Below are positions 43,703 to 54,808 of a DNA stretch of 64,000 nt, piece after piece. Numbering within the stretch: position 1 is the first letter of the stretch; each line of letters begins with the position of its first letter. A model generated the notes under the pieces. That model worked only from the letters and a program-made list of their open reading frames with translations. It did not search any database and had not been told where the DNA came from. The position numbers and the translations under genes are program-made. The stretch covers positions 673 to 64,672 of the forward strand of contig VGKG01000003.1 of the NCBI GenBank assembly GCA_016867115.1. Reading direction: 5' to 3'. Origin of the DNA: Candidatus Omnitrophota bacterium. GTDB lineage: Bacteria > Omnitrophota > Gorgyraeia > Gygaellales > Profunditerraquicolaceae.

Positions 43703-46610
43703 ATTCATCAAGCAATCTATTCTAAACAGTAAGCAAAACCAGATCCGGCACAGATACCCGAATGTCAATATCGCCCTGCATCCGGATATGCCGCAACCCT
43801 CGATCGGCAAGATCGTCGAGGTGGCGCGGACAGTGGCCCAGGTGAATGCCTTCGAAGAGAAGCTTGGTTCCTTAAGCGACGAGCAGCTACGCCGCAAGAC
43901 CGATGATTTCAAGGCGCACCTGAGAGAAGGATCCAAAGCTTATGAAGCGGATTTAAAGGAGCTGTCCGCCTCCCTCCAGGAAGTGGCTATCCCCGAGGAA
44001 AAAGCAAAGATCAAGAAGAAGATACGCGATACCCGCAATAAAGTCTTCGAAGAAATACTGCCCGAAGCCTTTGCCGTAGTCAGAGAGGCATCCCGGCGCA
44101 CCATAGGTCTGCGTCATTTTGATACCCAGATCGCCGGAGGCATGATCCTGCATGAAGGAAGGATCGCCGAGATGGCCACCGGCGAGGGCAAGACCCTGGT
44201 TGCTACGCTTCCTGCGTATCTGAATGCGCTCCTTGGCCTTGGCGTGCATATCGTCACGGTCAACGATTACCTGGCGCGCAGGGACCGCGAATGGATGGGG
44301 CCGGTCTATGAGTTCCTGGGGTTATCCGTGGGCGCCATTCAGCATGAGATGTCTGACGAGCAAAGAAAAGCCGCTTACTCCTGCGATATCACTTACGGAA
44401 CGAATAACGAGTTCGGATTTGATTACCTGCGCGACAATATGAAGTACAGCCTGGATGACCTGGTGCAGCGGCCCTTCTTTTACGCTATTGTCGACGAGGT
44501 CGACTCCATCCTTATTGACGAGGCGCGCACCCCCCTGATCATCTCGGGGCCGGCAGAGGAATCGACCGGCAAATATTACACCGCAAAAACTATTGCCGAC
44601 CAGCTTAAGGGAAAGCGCGTCACCGAAAGCGAAGAGATAGACGCAAAATATAAAGGCATAGACCTCTCCAAAGGCTTTGATTACGTCGCCGACGAAAAGG
44701 CCCAGACCATCGCCCTCACCGAAGAGGGAGAGATGAAGGCGGCTCGCCTCTGGGGGGTAGAGGACCTGCACAGTATCGAGACCAATGAGCTCAGGGGCCA
44801 CACTATCGCCGCACTTCGCGCAAAAGAGTTTTACGAACGCGATGTGGAGTATGTGGTTAAAGACGGCCAGGTAGTGATCGTGGATGAGTTTACCGGACGG
44901 CTTATGCCGGGAAGGCGCTGGTCAGACGGACTGCATCAGGCAGTAGAGGCAAAGGAGGGGATAAAGATTGAGCGCGAGAACCAGACGCTGGCGACCATCA
45001 CCTTCCAGAATTATTTCCGCATGTATGAGAAGCTCTCCGGCATGACCGGTACCGCCTTTACCGAAGCCGCCGAGTTTGAGAATATTTACCAGTTAAACGT
45101 CGAGGTCGTCCCGACTAACCGGCCACTCATCCGCACGAACTTCCCGGACCGCGTCTATAAGACTGAGAAGGAGAAGTTTAATGCGGTGGCGGATGAGATC
45201 GCCGAACACTACAATGCCGGAAGGCCGGTCCTGGTGGGCACCATCTCCATCGATAAATCCGAGCGCCTCTCGGAGACGTTGAAGGTGCGCGGCATCGCCC
45301 ATCAGGTATTGAATGCCAAGTATCATGAGCTGGAGGCCCAGATTGTGGCTCAGGCCGGCAGGTACAAGGCAGTGACCATTGCCACGAATATGGCCGGCCG
45401 CGGAACAGACATCCTGCTTGGCGGAAATCCGGAATATATGGCAAAGAGCCTCATCCAGCAGAAGTTTAAACCGGATGACCCAAACCTGAAAGAAGAGTAC
45501 CTCAGGGTTTTAGGGAGATTCAGGAAAGAGGCCCAGGAAGAACACGATAAAGTAGTCAAGCTCGGCGGCCTGCACGTCCTGGGTACTGAACGCCATGAGG
45601 CGCGCCGCATCGATAATCAGCTGCGCGGAAGGAGCGGCCGCCAGGGAGATCCGGGCTCCTCAAGGTTCTATGTTTCATTGGGAGATGATTTAATGCGGCT
45701 CTTCGGTTCTGACCGGATCGCCGGACTGATGGAAAAATTAGGGCTTGAAGAAGGCCAGGTGATCGAGCATCCCTGGGTCTCCGGTTCCATCGAGATCGCG
45801 CAGAAACGTGTGGAACAGCAGAACTTCGAGATCAGGAAGCGCCTTCTTGAATACGATAATGTGATGAACAAGCAAAGGGAGATCATCTACGGCCAGCGCC
45901 GCAAGGTGCTGGAAGGAGCCTCATTAAAGGAGAATATCCTGGATATCGCCGAGCGGGTCCTGGATGATCTTTATACCTCCCATATTTCAGAAAGCGTACT
46001 GGATGCAAATGCGCTTGCCCAGACCCTGAAGTTGAAGTACGGCCTTGAGATTGACCCCCAGGTTATAGCCGGCAGGCGCGATGACGAGATCAAGAGCTAC
46101 CTGTTTCAGCGGCTGGAAGATTTTTATCAGGAAAAAGAGAAGAATCTTGGGCCGGAGGTGATGCGCCAGATGGAACGCATCATCTTCCTGCAGATCGTGG
46201 ACAGCAAATGGAAAGAGCATCTCCTGGCCATGGATCATCTGCGGGAGGGGATAGGTTTCCGTTCTGTCGGCCAGCGCGACCCCCTGATCGAATACAAGCG
46301 CGAGGCCTTTGAAATGTTTGGCGCCATGGTCGCAAGCATCGAAGACGACGCCCTTGAGGCGATCTTCAGGCTTGCACCGGTGCGGCCGGAGAGGATCCGG
46401 GGAGTCTTTAGCAGCCTGCCGCAGGAGCTCATCCATCAGACAGAGTTGGCGCAGTTTGAAGAGGCAAAAGAGCTTGCGGTGCAGGAAGAAGAAGCTGTTC
46501 CGGTCGAAGAAAAATCAAAACCCGTCCACTCCGCCCACCCCAAAGTCGGCCGCAATGACCCCTGCCCCTGCGGTTCCGGTAAAAAGTATAAGAAATGCTG
46601 CGGACGTTAA
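43695..46610 (+). CDS. secA: Preprotein translocase subunit SecA
   Basis: [54 protein letters not shown]. Confidence 0.98.
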   Translation: MLKFIKQSILNSKQNQIRHRYPNVNIALHPDMPQPSIGKIVEVARTVAQVNAFEEKLGSLSDEQLRRKTDDFKAHLREGSKAYEADLKELSASLQEVAIPEEKAKIKKKIRDTRNKVFEEILPEAFAVVREASRRTIGLRHFDTQIAGGMILHEGRIAEMATGEGKTLVATLPAYLNALLGLGVHIVTVNDYLARRDREWMGPVYEFLGLSVGAIQHEMSDEQRKAAYSCDITYGTNNEFGFDYLRDNMKYSLDDLVQRPFFYAIVDEVDSILIDEARTPLIISGPAEESTGKYYTAKTIADQLKGKRVTESEEIDAKYKGIDLSKGFDYVADEKAQTIALTEEGEMKAARLWGVEDLHSIETNELRGHTIAALRAKEFYERDVEYVVKDGQVVIVDEFTGRLMPGRRWSDGLHQAVEAKEGIKIERENQTLATITFQNYFRMYEKLSGMTGTAFTEAAEFENIYQLNVEVVPTNRPLIRTNFPDRVYKTEKEKFNAVADEIAEHYNAGRPVLVGTISIDKSERLSETLKVRGIAHQVLNAKYHELEAQIVAQAGRYKAVTIATNMAGRGTDILLGGNPEYMAKSLIQQKFKPDDPNLKEEYLRVLGRFRKEAQEEHDKVVKLGGLHVLGTERHEARRIDNQLRGRSGRQGDPGSSRFYVSLGDDLMRLFGSDRIAGLMEKLGLEEGQVIEHPWVSGSIEIAQKRVEQQNFEIRKRLLEYDNVMNKQREIIYGQRRKVLEGASLKENILDIAERVLDDLYTSHISESVLDANALAQTLKLKYGLEIDPQVIAGRRDDEIKSYLFQRLEDFYQEKEKNLGPEVMRQMERIIFLQIVDSKWKEHLLAMDHLREGIGFRSVGQRDPLIEYKREAFEMFGAMVASIEDDALEAIFRLAPVRPERIRGVFSSLPQELIHQTELAQFEEAKELAVQEEEAVPVEEKSKPVHSAHPKVGRNDPCPCGSGKKYKKCCGR

Positions 46611-48136
46611 GTTCAGTTCTTCAGTTCTTCAGTTCTTCAGTTCTTCAGTTAAAAGGCAAAAGCCTTATCCTGTGTTTTCTTTCCGCAATACTATTAGCCC
46701 TCTCTTTTCCGCGCGCGAGTTTCTGGATCTCCGCCTGGTTCGGTTTTGTGCCCTTATTTTTTGCGCTGGAAAATAAATCCGGAGGCAGGGCATTTTTACT
46801 CGGATTTATTACCGGGATTATTTTCTGGCTAGGCACGGTCTACTGGCTTATCCACGTCACCCTTCCCGGAACCGTTCTTCTGGTTTTGTATTTAGCTTTG
46901 TATTTTGGAATTTTTGCCTTTGTTTTTCCCTACCTGCTACCTACTAACTACTGTCTACTATCGATCCCTGCGACTTGGGTTTTACTCGAGTATATTCGAG
47001 CCCACTTATTCACCGGTTTTCCCTGGGCGCTCTTGGGACATTCGCAATATCTGAATCTTCCGGTCATTCAGATATCCGATATTTTCGGCGCCTGGGGGGT
47101 ATCGTTTCTGCTGATGATGGCGAATGTCTCTCTTTACAGAATCAGGGTTTATGGGTTAAGGGCCAGGGGCACGGCCATATCCTTATTCTGTATACTGGCA
47201 GTCATAACCTACGGATATTATCAGATGTATCATCTGGCCGCCGTTCCTTCCCGCCTCCGGCTTAAGGTCTGCGTCATTCAGGCAAACATCCCGCAGGAGA
47301 AAAAGTGGGATAAAAATGCCGTAGGTTTCATCCTGGATAGATACTCTGAGTTAAGCCGGGAGGCGAGCCTTAAAAAGCCCGACCTGATCATCTGGCCCGA
47401 GGCAGCCAGTCCCGGAGTGCTGGGCGAGGATGACTGGGTCTTTGAGGAGTTTTTTGCTTTGAATAAAAGAATAAGGATCCCGATGCTTATCGGCGCGGTG
47501 GTACGCGAAAAAGACATCTATTATAATAGCGCGCTCCTTATCGAAGAGGGAAGGATCACCGGCCGTTATGACAAACTGCATCTTGTGCCTTTCGGAGAAT
47601 ATGTCCCGCTAAAAAAGTTCCTTCCCTTCTTGGAGGCGGTCGTGCCCATAGGCGATATTGCCCGGGGAGAAGAGTACACGATATTCAAGGCCGTTGATCC
47701 CCGGTCCCGCACACCGGTCAGCTTTGCGGTGCTTAACTGTTTTGAGGACCTCTTTCCGGAATTATCCAGGCAGTTCGTCAAAAAGGGGGCGCAATTCCTG
47801 GTGAACATCACCAATGACGCCTGGTATAAGAAGACAAGCGCTTCTTACCAGCACCTGCAGGCCTCGGTATTCAGGGCGGTAGAGAACCGCATCTATCTTG
47901 CCCGCTCTGCCAACACCGGCATCTCGGGATTCATTTCGCCTTCCGGCATTATCGTTTCCCGGGTGCGCGATAATGCGGGGAGGGATATTTTTGTGGAAGG
48001 TTGTTCTACTCTGGCGGTGCCGGCCAAAGAAGACAGCCAAAGCATCTATTGCCGGCTGGGAGATTTTTTTATCCCGGCCTGCCTTCTTTCTATTTTCTAT
48101 GGTATAATACGCGCTCGAAGAAAAAATGAAAAATAA
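46595..48136 (+). CDS. lnt: Apolipoprotein N-acyltransferase (start uncertain)
   Basis: [42 protein letters not shown]. Confidence 0.93.
   Translation: MLRTLSSVLQFFSSSVLQLKGKSLILCFLSAILLALSFPRASFWISAWFGFVPLFFALENKSGGRAFLLGFITGIIFWLGTVYWLIHVTLPGTVLLVLYLALYFGIFAFVFPYLLPTNYCLLSIPATWVLLEYIRAHLFTGFPWALLGHSQYLNLPVIQISDIFGAWGVSFLLMMANVSLYRIRVYGLRARGTAISLFCILAVITYGYYQMYHLAAVPSRLRLKVCVIQANIPQEKKWDKNAVGFILDRYSELSREASLKKPDLIIWPEAASPGVLGEDDWVFEEFFALNKRIRIPMLIGAVVREKDIYYNSALLIEEGRITGRYDKLHLVPFGEYVPLKKFLPFLEAVVPIGDIARGEEYTIFKAVDPRSRTPVSFAVLNCFEDLFPELSRQFVKKGAQFLVNITNDAWYKKTSASYQHLQASVFRAVENRIYLARSANTGISGFISPSGIIVSRVRDNAGRDIFVEGCSTLAVPAKEDSQSIYCRLGDFFIPACLLSIFYGIIRARRKNEK
46612..46650 (+). repeat. Octamer tandem repeat (TTCAGTTC) x about 5
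   Basis: TTCAGTTC TTCAGTTC TTCAGTTC TTCAGTTC TTCAGTT. Confidence 0.9.
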
Positions 48137-48614
48137 ATTATTGATTCCGTTCGTGCTTTTTTTATTGTCCGTCACAGGCGCTTTCTACTATGTAGACAAG
48201 GCTGCGTTCTTGAGTCCGATTTTCTACCAGCGCGATTTTCTGATCCGTAATGACAATCGCGGAGAAGGCCATTTTGCGGCTGACAGGAGCGGAAGCCGAC
48301 TGCATAACGGCATCGACCTGCTTGCGCCTTTAGGCACGCCGGTCCTGGCGAGCCGTTTAGGCATAGTAGCCCAGGCAAGGCAGACTAACGGCATGGGTAA
48401 GTTTGTGATCCTGAAACACTTTGGAGGCGTCACTACTACCTACGGCCACCTTTCCCAGATTTATGTCCGGGAGGGTGAGATCGTGCGGCAGGGCGATTGT
48501 ATAGGCGCCGTAGGCAAGACCGGCAACGCCAATTACCGCGATATCCTGCCGCATCTGCATTTCGAAGTGAGAAAATATGGGACCCCCCAGGATCCTTTGG
48601 AATATCTGGAATAA
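48126..48614 (+). CDS. M23 family metallopeptidase
   Basis: HNGIDL, YGHL, PHLHFEVR. Confidence 0.92.
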   Translation: MKNKLLIPFVLFLLSVTGAFYYVDKAAFLSPIFYQRDFLIRNDNRGEGHFAADRSGSRLHNGIDLLAPLGTPVLASRLGIVAQARQTNGMGKFVILKHFGGVTTTYGHLSQIYVREGEIVRQGDCIGAVGKTGNANYRDILPHLHFEVRKYGTPQDPLEYLE

Positions 48615-48616
48615 GA

Positions 48617-49759
48617 ATGTTTAATATCATCCTGCTTGGCATTACCAGTCTGTTGACGGACATCTCATCCGAGATGGTCTATCCGCTCCTGCCGATTTAT
48701 CTGGTGAACCAGCTGGGCGCAAGCCCCGCGATCCTCGGGTTTATCGAGGGGATCGCCGAAAGTTCGGCCAGCCTCCTGAAAGTCTTCTCGGGCTATTTTT
48801 CCGATAGGTTAAAACTGCGCAAGCCCTTTACGATCCTGGGCTATGCCGCTTCGGCTGCGGGAAAACTCTTTCTTTATATATCAGGCGGCTGGGGGCTGGT
48901 CTTTTTCGGCCGGCTCATCGACCGTATCGGCAAGGGAGTGCGCACCGCGCCCCGCGACGCCCTGATCGCCGACTCAGCGCAGGCAGAAAAGAGGGGGCAG
49001 GCCTACGGCCTCCACCGGACCATGGATACTCTCGGAGCTGTTTCGGGAGTACTGCTGGCCTATCTTATCATCACCCGCTATAAAGGCGATTTTAAGAATG
49101 TATTCTTTATTTCGCTTATCCCGGCGGCGCTGGGGATCATCGTTTTATTTTTAGTAAGGGAGAAGAAGAGAGAGCAGAAAGTTCGGGCGGCGAAGGTAGA
49201 GTTCAGGTGGCATGCGCTCGACAGGCGCCTGAAAATGTTCCTTATCTTCACTTTCATCTTTACCCTGGGGAACTCTTCAAACCAGTTTCTGCTCCTGCGC
49301 GCAAAAAGCCTGGGAAATCCCCTCGGAATAGTCATCCTGCTTTATCTCTTTTACAATATTACCTACTGCCTGATGGCGTATCCGGCGGCCCGGCTTTCAG
49401 ACAGGATCGGCAGGAAGAAGCTTCTGGTTGCCGGCTACTTTATCTACGGCCTGGTGTATCTGGGATTTGCCCTGAATAATTCCGCCGCCAATCTCTGGCT
49501 GCTCTTCGGCCTTTACGGATTTTATATCGGTTTTACCGAGGGAGTAGAAAAGGCGCTGGTAGTGGATATTGCGCCTCAGGGCCTGCGCGCTACTGCCATA
49601 GGCCTGCATGCTGCCCTGGTGGGGATCGGATTGTTTCCGGCTTCTCTTTTGGCGGGACTGCTCTGGAAATACGCCGGAGCGAGCGCTCCGTTTTATTTCG
49701 CCGGATTCATGGGGATAACCGCAAGTATCGGCTTATGGTTTATCCTGAAGGACCTTTAG
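48617..49759 (+). CDS. MFS transporter (start ATG 48617)
   Basis: DISSEM, DRIGKGVRTAPRDALIA, LSDRIGR. Confidence 0.9.
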   Translation: MFNIILLGITSLLTDISSEMVYPLLPIYLVNQLGASPAILGFIEGIAESSASLLKVFSGYFSDRLKLRKPFTILGYAASAAGKLFLYISGGWGLVFFGRLIDRIGKGVRTAPRDALIADSAQAEKRGQAYGLHRTMDTLGAVSGVLLAYLIITRYKGDFKNVFFISLIPAALGIIVLFLVREKKREQKVRAAKVEFRWHALDRRLKMFLIFTFIFTLGNSSNQFLLLRAKSLGNPLGIVILLYLFYNITYCLMAYPAARLSDRIGRKKLLVAGYFIYGLVYLGFALNNSAANLWLLFGLYGFYIGFTEGVEKALVVDIAPQGLRATAIGLHAALVGIGLFPASLLAGLLWKYAGASAPFYFAGFMGITASIGLWFILKDL

Positions 49760-50657
49760 CCTCGTCGGAATCGGGCGTGCGCGCTCCGCCCAGCGGTTCG
49801 ATGTGCACCACTACGTCCGTCACCCCGGGAACACTCTTCTTTATCGCATCCTCGATCGCATAACTTATCCTGTGGGCGTTATCGACGTGCATGTCAGGAT
49901 GCACCTGCACATGCAGGTCGAGGCATATATCGTCGGGACGGCCGCGGGTGCGGATCTTATGGCAGGTCTTGACCCCCTTTATCCCCAGGACAATATCCTC
50001 GATTTTTTTCACATCCACGATCACGATGGCGTCGCAAAGGACAGCCGAGCCTTCTTTCACGATATTTGCCCCTGCATAGGCGATAAAGAGGGAAATAAAG
50101 ATAGTGACTACGGGGTCGATGACCGGATACCCCATCTTTACGACTGCCAGGGACAATATTACCGAGAGCGAAGTAAAGATATCGGCCCGGGTGTGCATGG
50201 AGTCGGAAATCAGGATGTCGCTCTGTAGCTGCCTTCCTTTTTTTAGTTCGTAGCGCATTACCCATAAGTTTACCGCCAGGGTCGAGAGCATGACTATGAA
50301 ACTGGCCGGGCCGATATCCGGACTCACCGGCCGGATGAAGCGCATGATCCCTTCCCTGATCAGGTTGAAGGCGACGAAGAAGAGGAATGCCGCGATGACC
50401 ATGGAAAAGAGAGTCTCGTATTTTTTGTGGCCGTAAGGATGCTCTTTGTCGCGGGGCCGGCAGGCGAGGCTGATGCCGATCAGGCCGATGATATTGGAGG
50501 TGCCGTCAGAGAAGGAGTGGAAGCCGTCTGCGGTCATGCTCGCTGAACGGCTGACCAGGCCGTAAATGACCTTGGCTGCGGCCACTGACCAGTTAAGGAT
50601 AAGGATTGCGATGAGGATGCGCCTGATGCGCCGGCAATGCTGTTCAATAGGCTCCAT
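49740..50657 (-). CDS. Cation diffusion facilitator (FieF-like)
   Basis: ADGFHSFSD, HPYGH.K.E, HTRAD, VVVHIEP. Confidence 0.93.
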   Translation of the reverse strand: MEPIEQHCRRIRRILIAILILNWSVAAAKVIYGLVSRSASMTADGFHSFSDGTSNIIGLIGISLACRPRDKEHPYGHKKYETLFSMVIAAFLFFVAFNLIREGIMRFIRPVSPDIGPASFIVMLSTLAVNLWVMRYELKKGRQLQSDILISDSMHTRADIFTSLSVILSLAVVKMGYPVIDPVVTIFISLFIAYAGANIVKEGSAVLCDAIVIVDVKKIEDIVLGIKGVKTCHKIRTRGRPDDICLDLHVQVHPDMHVDNAHRISYAIEDAIKKSVPGVTDVVVHIEPLGGARTPDSDEAKGPSG

Positions 50658-50699
50658 AAGAAATATTATAACTCAATTCAGGGGCCAGTTAAAGAGAAG

Positions 50700-50728
50700 T
50701 TTACAAGAAAATGCCCCGATGCTATAAT
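50700..50728 (+). promoter_or_regulatory. Promoter TTTACA-17-TATAAT (extended TG), 7 nt before ATG 50736
   Basis: Seen directly. Confidence 0.6.
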
Positions 50729-50735
50729 AAACCCC

Positions 50736-52127
50736 ATGTCTAAGAAGGCTTTTTTCATCCTGGCGCTCCTTGTTTCGTTTGCGCCTTACGGTTATCCTGC
50801 CGGCCCGCTTGAACCCTTTAGAAAGCAGGACCGCATCCTCATCCTTGCCCCGCACCCCGACGACGAAGCGCTGGGTGCCTGCGGGGTGATCCAGCAGGCG
50901 CTCTCCTGCGGCGCAAAGGTCAAGGTGCTCTACCTGACTAACGGCGACCACAACCAGTTCGCCTTTATCGTCTACGCAAAAAGGCTGCCCATAAGGAAGG
51001 CTGAGTTCATACATCTGGGCGAAGTGCGCCGCCGCGAATCCATAAAGGCCATGCAGCTCCTGGGTCTTTCCGAAAAGGACCTCATTTTTCTGGGTTACCC
51101 GGATTTCGGTACCTTTACCATTTTTAGCAGATACTGGGAGACTAAGAAGCCCTTCCGCAGCCTCCTGACGCGCATCTCCCGGGTGCCCTATAAAGAGGAT
51201 CTTTCCTTCGGCGCGCCTTACACCGGAGAGAGCATCCTCGCCGATATAAAGAGGGTCCTCCTTGATTATAAACCGAATAAGGTCTTTGTCACGCATCCTG
51301 CGGATGTGAATGTGGATCATAAGTCATTCTACCTTTTTCTGCAGGTGGCCCTTGCTGACCTGAGGGGCAGGATCTCTTACCCTAAAATATATCCGTATCT
51401 CATCCACCGCGTCGGCTGGCCTCTGCCGCGGCACTACCATCCGCAGCTGGCCCTTGAACCGCCGAAAGAGTTTATTGGTTCCGCCGCCCGCTGGTTCAGC
51501 CTTGCGCTTACGCCTGAGCAGCTGGAAAAAAAGCACCAGGCCATACTATGTTACAAAAGCCAGACCGAATCCAGTGCTTTTTATCTTCTGGCCTTTGCCA
51601 GGAAAAATGAGCTCTTCGGGGATTATCCGGAGATCATTTTGGAAAGGCAGGATCCGGCGAAGGGCAAGGTTACTTTTTCGGATTTTTCGGAGATGTATGT
51701 AGATGCGCCTGCCGAGGTCTCGGCAGAGCCGCAAGAATCAGGGGCAAGGGAAAAAGGAGAGAAGGGTAATGTCGCCTATGCGCTTTCAGGCAGCACCCTC
51801 TATGTCCGGATCGATAAACCGCAAGGCCTGAAAAACAGGCTCAACTTCGTGGTTTATCTGTTCGGTTATAGCAGGGATAAGCCTTTTGCCCGGATGCCAA
51901 AGCTGAGGCTTTTGGCCAAGCATGACCGGGTGAGAGCCTTTGATAAAGGTAAAGAAATATCTCCCGCAGGGATATGCATAAAATCGGTGCCGGAATCAGA
52001 TGTCCTGATGCTTGCGATTCCGCTGGCAGTCATGGGGAATCCAGAGTTTATTCTTTCTTCCATCCGGTCTTACGGAGCAACGTTATCTGTAGATGCCACT
52101 TCATTCAGGAAGATCAGGATCAGGTAA
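50736..52127 (+). CDS. PIG-L/LmbE family deacetylase, secreted, with C-terminal extension
   Basis: APHPDDE, TNGD, RRRE, GYPD, DVNVDH, YKSQ. Confidence 0.85.
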   Translation: MSKKAFFILALLVSFAPYGYPAGPLEPFRKQDRILILAPHPDDEALGACGVIQQALSCGAKVKVLYLTNGDHNQFAFIVYAKRLPIRKAEFIHLGEVRRRESIKAMQLLGLSEKDLIFLGYPDFGTFTIFSRYWETKKPFRSLLTRISRVPYKEDLSFGAPYTGESILADIKRVLLDYKPNKVFVTHPADVNVDHKSFYLFLQVALADLRGRISYPKIYPYLIHRVGWPLPRHYHPQLALEPPKEFIGSAARWFSLALTPEQLEKKHQAILCYKSQTESSAFYLLAFARKNELFGDYPEIILERQDPAKGKVTFSDFSEMYVDAPAEVSAEPQESGAREKGEKGNVAYALSGSTLYVRIDKPQGLKNRLNFVVYLFGYSRDKPFARMPKLRLLAKHDRVRAFDKGKEISPAGICIKSVPESDVLMLAIPLAVMGNPEFILSSIRSYGATLSVDATSFRKIRIR

Positions 52128-52162
52128 GACATCTTATAAAGAAAAACAAGCAAAGGAGATGT

Positions 52163-52241
52163 CTGATTACGCAGATTTTAAACCAGATCACACAGATTAA
52201 AGCTTCTAATCTGTGTAATCTAAAATAATCAATGTAATCAG
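52163..52241. repeat. Intergenic nested inverted repeat built from GATTAC(G/A)CAGATT / AATCTGTGTAATC units
   Basis: AGATCACACAGATTA-AAGCTTC-TAATCTGTGTAATCT enclosed by CTGATTAC...GTAATCAG. Confidence 0.7.
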
Positions 52242-52284
52242 GTATAATCACGATTTTACCTAAGGATTATACCAGGAGGCAGAT

Positions 52285-52773
52285 ATGCCAGAGTTTAAAT
52301 CCGTGAAGGTCAACAAACCCGACGACGTGAATCTGATACTCGGCCAGAGCCATTTTATCAAGACCGCGGAGGACATCTATGAGGCCCTGGTGAACAATGT
52401 GCCGGGGATAAAGTTCGGCCTGGCATTTGCCGAATCTTCCGGCGCCTGTAAGATAAGGGCAGAGGGTAATGATCCGGAATTAAAAGAGCTTGCGGCAAAG
52501 AACGCCCTTGAAATCGGCGCAGGCCACAGCTTTCTTATATTCCTGCGCCAGGCCTATCCCATCAATGTCCTGAATGCCGTCAAGAATATCCCTGAGGTCT
52601 GTACCATTTATTGCGCCACGGCAAATCCCGTAGAGGTGCTCCTGGCTGAGAATACTTCCGGGGCCAGGGGGATCCTCGGCGTGATCGACGGCCAGGCGCC
52701 CAAGGGCATAGAGGGGCCCGAAGATATCGCCTGGAGAAAAGACCTCTTGCGCAGGATCGGCTATAAACTTTAG
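52285..52773 (+). CDS. Adenosine-specific kinase family protein (DUF355-like)
   Basis: NLILGQSHFIKT, FGLAFAESSG, CATANP, RGILGVIDG, IGYK. Confidence 0.85.
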   Translation: MPEFKSVKVNKPDDVNLILGQSHFIKTAEDIYEALVNNVPGIKFGLAFAESSGACKIRAEGNDPELKELAAKNALEIGAGHSFLIFLRQAYPINVLNAVKNIPEVCTIYCATANPVEVLLAENTSGARGILGVIDGQAPKGIEGPEDIAWRKDLLRRIGYKL

Positions 52774-52780
52774 CTAAATA

Positions 52781-53701
52781 ATGGAACTTAAAAAGATTTC
52801 AAAGCATTTCGGCCGTTTCATGGGGTGGCTGGGGTTGTCTTCTAGCGCCCTGGCGGTAAAGTTTATCCCCAGCAGTCTTCTCTACGCCTTTGCCCGTAAG
52901 ATGAGCTGGCTGGGTTTTCGTATTGCTGCCAAACAAAGAAAGATCGCCCTGGAGAGTCTTTCTATTGCTTTTGGCAAAGAGAAGACGCCGGAGGAGCTGG
53001 AAAGGATCGCCAAAGACTGTTTTACCTTTATGGCCAAGTCTGCCTTAGAACTCCTCTTTTTGATGGATAGGCCTGAGCTGCTTAAGAAACGGGTGGATTT
53101 CGACGGCAAAGATAACCTCGATAATGCCCTGGCTAAGGGAAACGGCGCGATCCTGGTCAGCGCCCATTTCGGGAACTTCCCCCTGCTTATGGCGCGGCTC
53201 GCCCTCTGCGGGTACAAGATCGCCGGCATCATGCGCCCGATGCATGATGAGCGGGTTGAGAAGACATTCCTGGCCAAACGCAATAAGTTAGGCGTAAGGA
53301 CGATCTACAGCCAGCCGCGCATCGCCTGCGTAAACGAGACGATCGAGGCGCTGCGCGACAACTCGGTAGTCTTTATTCCCATAGACCAGAACTTCGGTTC
53401 AGGCGGGGTCTATGTGGAGTTTTTCGGCCAGAAGGCGGCAACAGCGACTGGCCCGGTGGTCCTGGCGCAGAGGACAAGGGCCAGCCTCATCCCCTGTTTT
53501 ATCGTCAGGCAGCCTGACGATACGCATAAGATAATTTTTGAGCCGGCGATAGAATTAATAGGATCCGGCGATCCCCAGGAAACTGTGGTCGCCAACATCC
53601 AGATGCTGACCGGTATCATCGAAAGGTATATCCGTGAATATCCGGCGGAGTGGGGATGGATCCACCGCCGCTGGAAGAGTAAGCCCGGCAGCCAGGCTTA
53701 G
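52781..53701 (+). CDS. Lipid A lauroyl/lysophospholipid acyltransferase (LpxL/HtrB family)
   Basis: SAHFGN, DQ..G.GV.V.FFG, PAEWGWIHRRWK. Confidence 0.9.
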   Translation: MELKKISKHFGRFMGWLGLSSSALAVKFIPSSLLYAFARKMSWLGFRIAAKQRKIALESLSIAFGKEKTPEELERIAKDCFTFMAKSALELLFLMDRPELLKKRVDFDGKDNLDNALAKGNGAILVSAHFGNFPLLMARLALCGYKIAGIMRPMHDERVEKTFLAKRNKLGVRTIYSQPRIACVNETIEALRDNSVVFIPIDQNFGSGGVYVEFFGQKAATATGPVVLAQRTRASLIPCFIVRQPDDTHKIIFEPAIELIGSGDPQETVVANIQMLTGIIERYIREYPAEWGWIHRRWKSKPGSQA

Positions 53702-53770
53702 CCTTTACTTGGGCCTTATTTCTGGTATAATAATTCCAATTTCGCAGGGCACTTTAAATAATAAAGGAGC

Positions 53771-54343
53771 ATGTATATGGAAGCGATCCTGAAGAGGGAG
53801 ATAGTCACTAACAAAACGATCTGCCGGATATTTGCGGCATTCACCTTCGTCATCCTGACTGCCTTGGGCGCGTATGTGCGCATACCCTTGCCTTTTACGC
53901 CTGTGCCGATCACGCTGCAGACCTTTTTTGTGCTGCTGGGTGCGGCATTATTAGGCAGAGGCCTGGGGGTGATTACGCAGGCAGCGTATCTTACCTTTGG
54001 TATTGCCGGCCTCTCCATATTCACCGGCGCAGGTTACGGCTTCGCCTATTTATTAGGCCCCACCGGCGGTTATCTGCTGGGTTTTGTCCTGGCTGCTTAT
54101 TTCGGAGGAAAATGCCTCGATTCGGAGCGGGGCGGTTTGTTATACGTTTTCGCTGTCTTATTTGCCGCTGACCTGATCCTGTTGGCCTGCGGAGTGCTCT
54201 GGCTTAAGGCAGCCTTCGGTCTTTCTTTGGCAAAAGCCATCCTTCTGGGATTGCTGCCTTTTATACCGGGAGATATTTTAAAGGCGCTGGCAGCGGCGCA
54301 TATTTACCTGAGACTCAAGCCGCGCTTAGAAAAAGTCCTATAA
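53771..54343 (+). CDS. bioY: Biotin transporter BioY
   Basis: PLPFTPVPITLQT, GPTGGYLLGF, PFIPGD..K. Confidence 0.93.
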   Translation: MYMEAILKREIVTNKTICRIFAAFTFVILTALGAYVRIPLPFTPVPITLQTFFVLLGAALLGRGLGVITQAAYLTFGIAGLSIFTGAGYGFAYLLGPTGGYLLGFVLAAYFGGKCLDSERGGLLYVFAVLFAADLILLACGVLWLKAAFGLSLAKAILLGLLPFIPGDILKALAAAHIYLRLKPRLEKVL

Positions 54344-54358
54344 AGAGGAAGGTCAAAG

Positions 54359-54805
54359 ATGAAAGTAAAAGAGATCATGAAGAAGCCCGTCACTAGCCTC
54401 AAGCCCGATGAGAATGCCCTGGAGGCGCTCAAGTACCTGTTCCAGCGCCGCATCAGCGGCCTGCCGGTCATCGACGAGAAAGGCAGGCTCCTGGGCATGT
54501 TCACCGAAAAGGAGATCATCTCCTACATCCTGCCCTCTTATCTGGAGCAGGTGGGAAGGTTTGTCTATGAGGTCGATCCCAAGGCCGTCATGCAAAAGGC
54601 GCAGCATCTCTCGGGACTAAAGGTCAAAGATATCATGCGCCAGCACGTAGCCACGGTAGAGGAAGATACCTCGCTTTGCGAAGCCGCGCACCTGATGCTT
54701 ACGCAAAAGGCAAGGCGCATCCTGGTTTTAGATAAGAACAAAAGCGTCCTGGGCATAATCGCCAGGGAAGACGTGCTTAAGGCGCTTCTGGGGGATTGCA
54801 AGTAG
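54359..54805 (+). CDS. CBS domain pair protein
   Basis: VKEIM, SGLPVID...LLGM, VKDIM, GIIAREDVL. Confidence 0.9.
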   Translation: MKVKEIMKKPVTSLKPDENALEALKYLFQRRISGLPVIDEKGRLLGMFTEKEIISYILPSYLEQVGRFVYEVDPKAVMQKAQHLSGLKVKDIMRQHVATVEEDTSLCEAAHLMLTQKARRILVLDKNKSVLGIIAREDVLKALLGDCK

Positions 54806-54808
54806 CCT

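Noticed and set aside
48497-48616. N-terminal extensions in the ORF track (MFS 48497, PIG-L 50637, holA 36612, CsgG 58062)
   Set aside because: They overlap neighbouring genes; downstream ATGs fit family N-termini better
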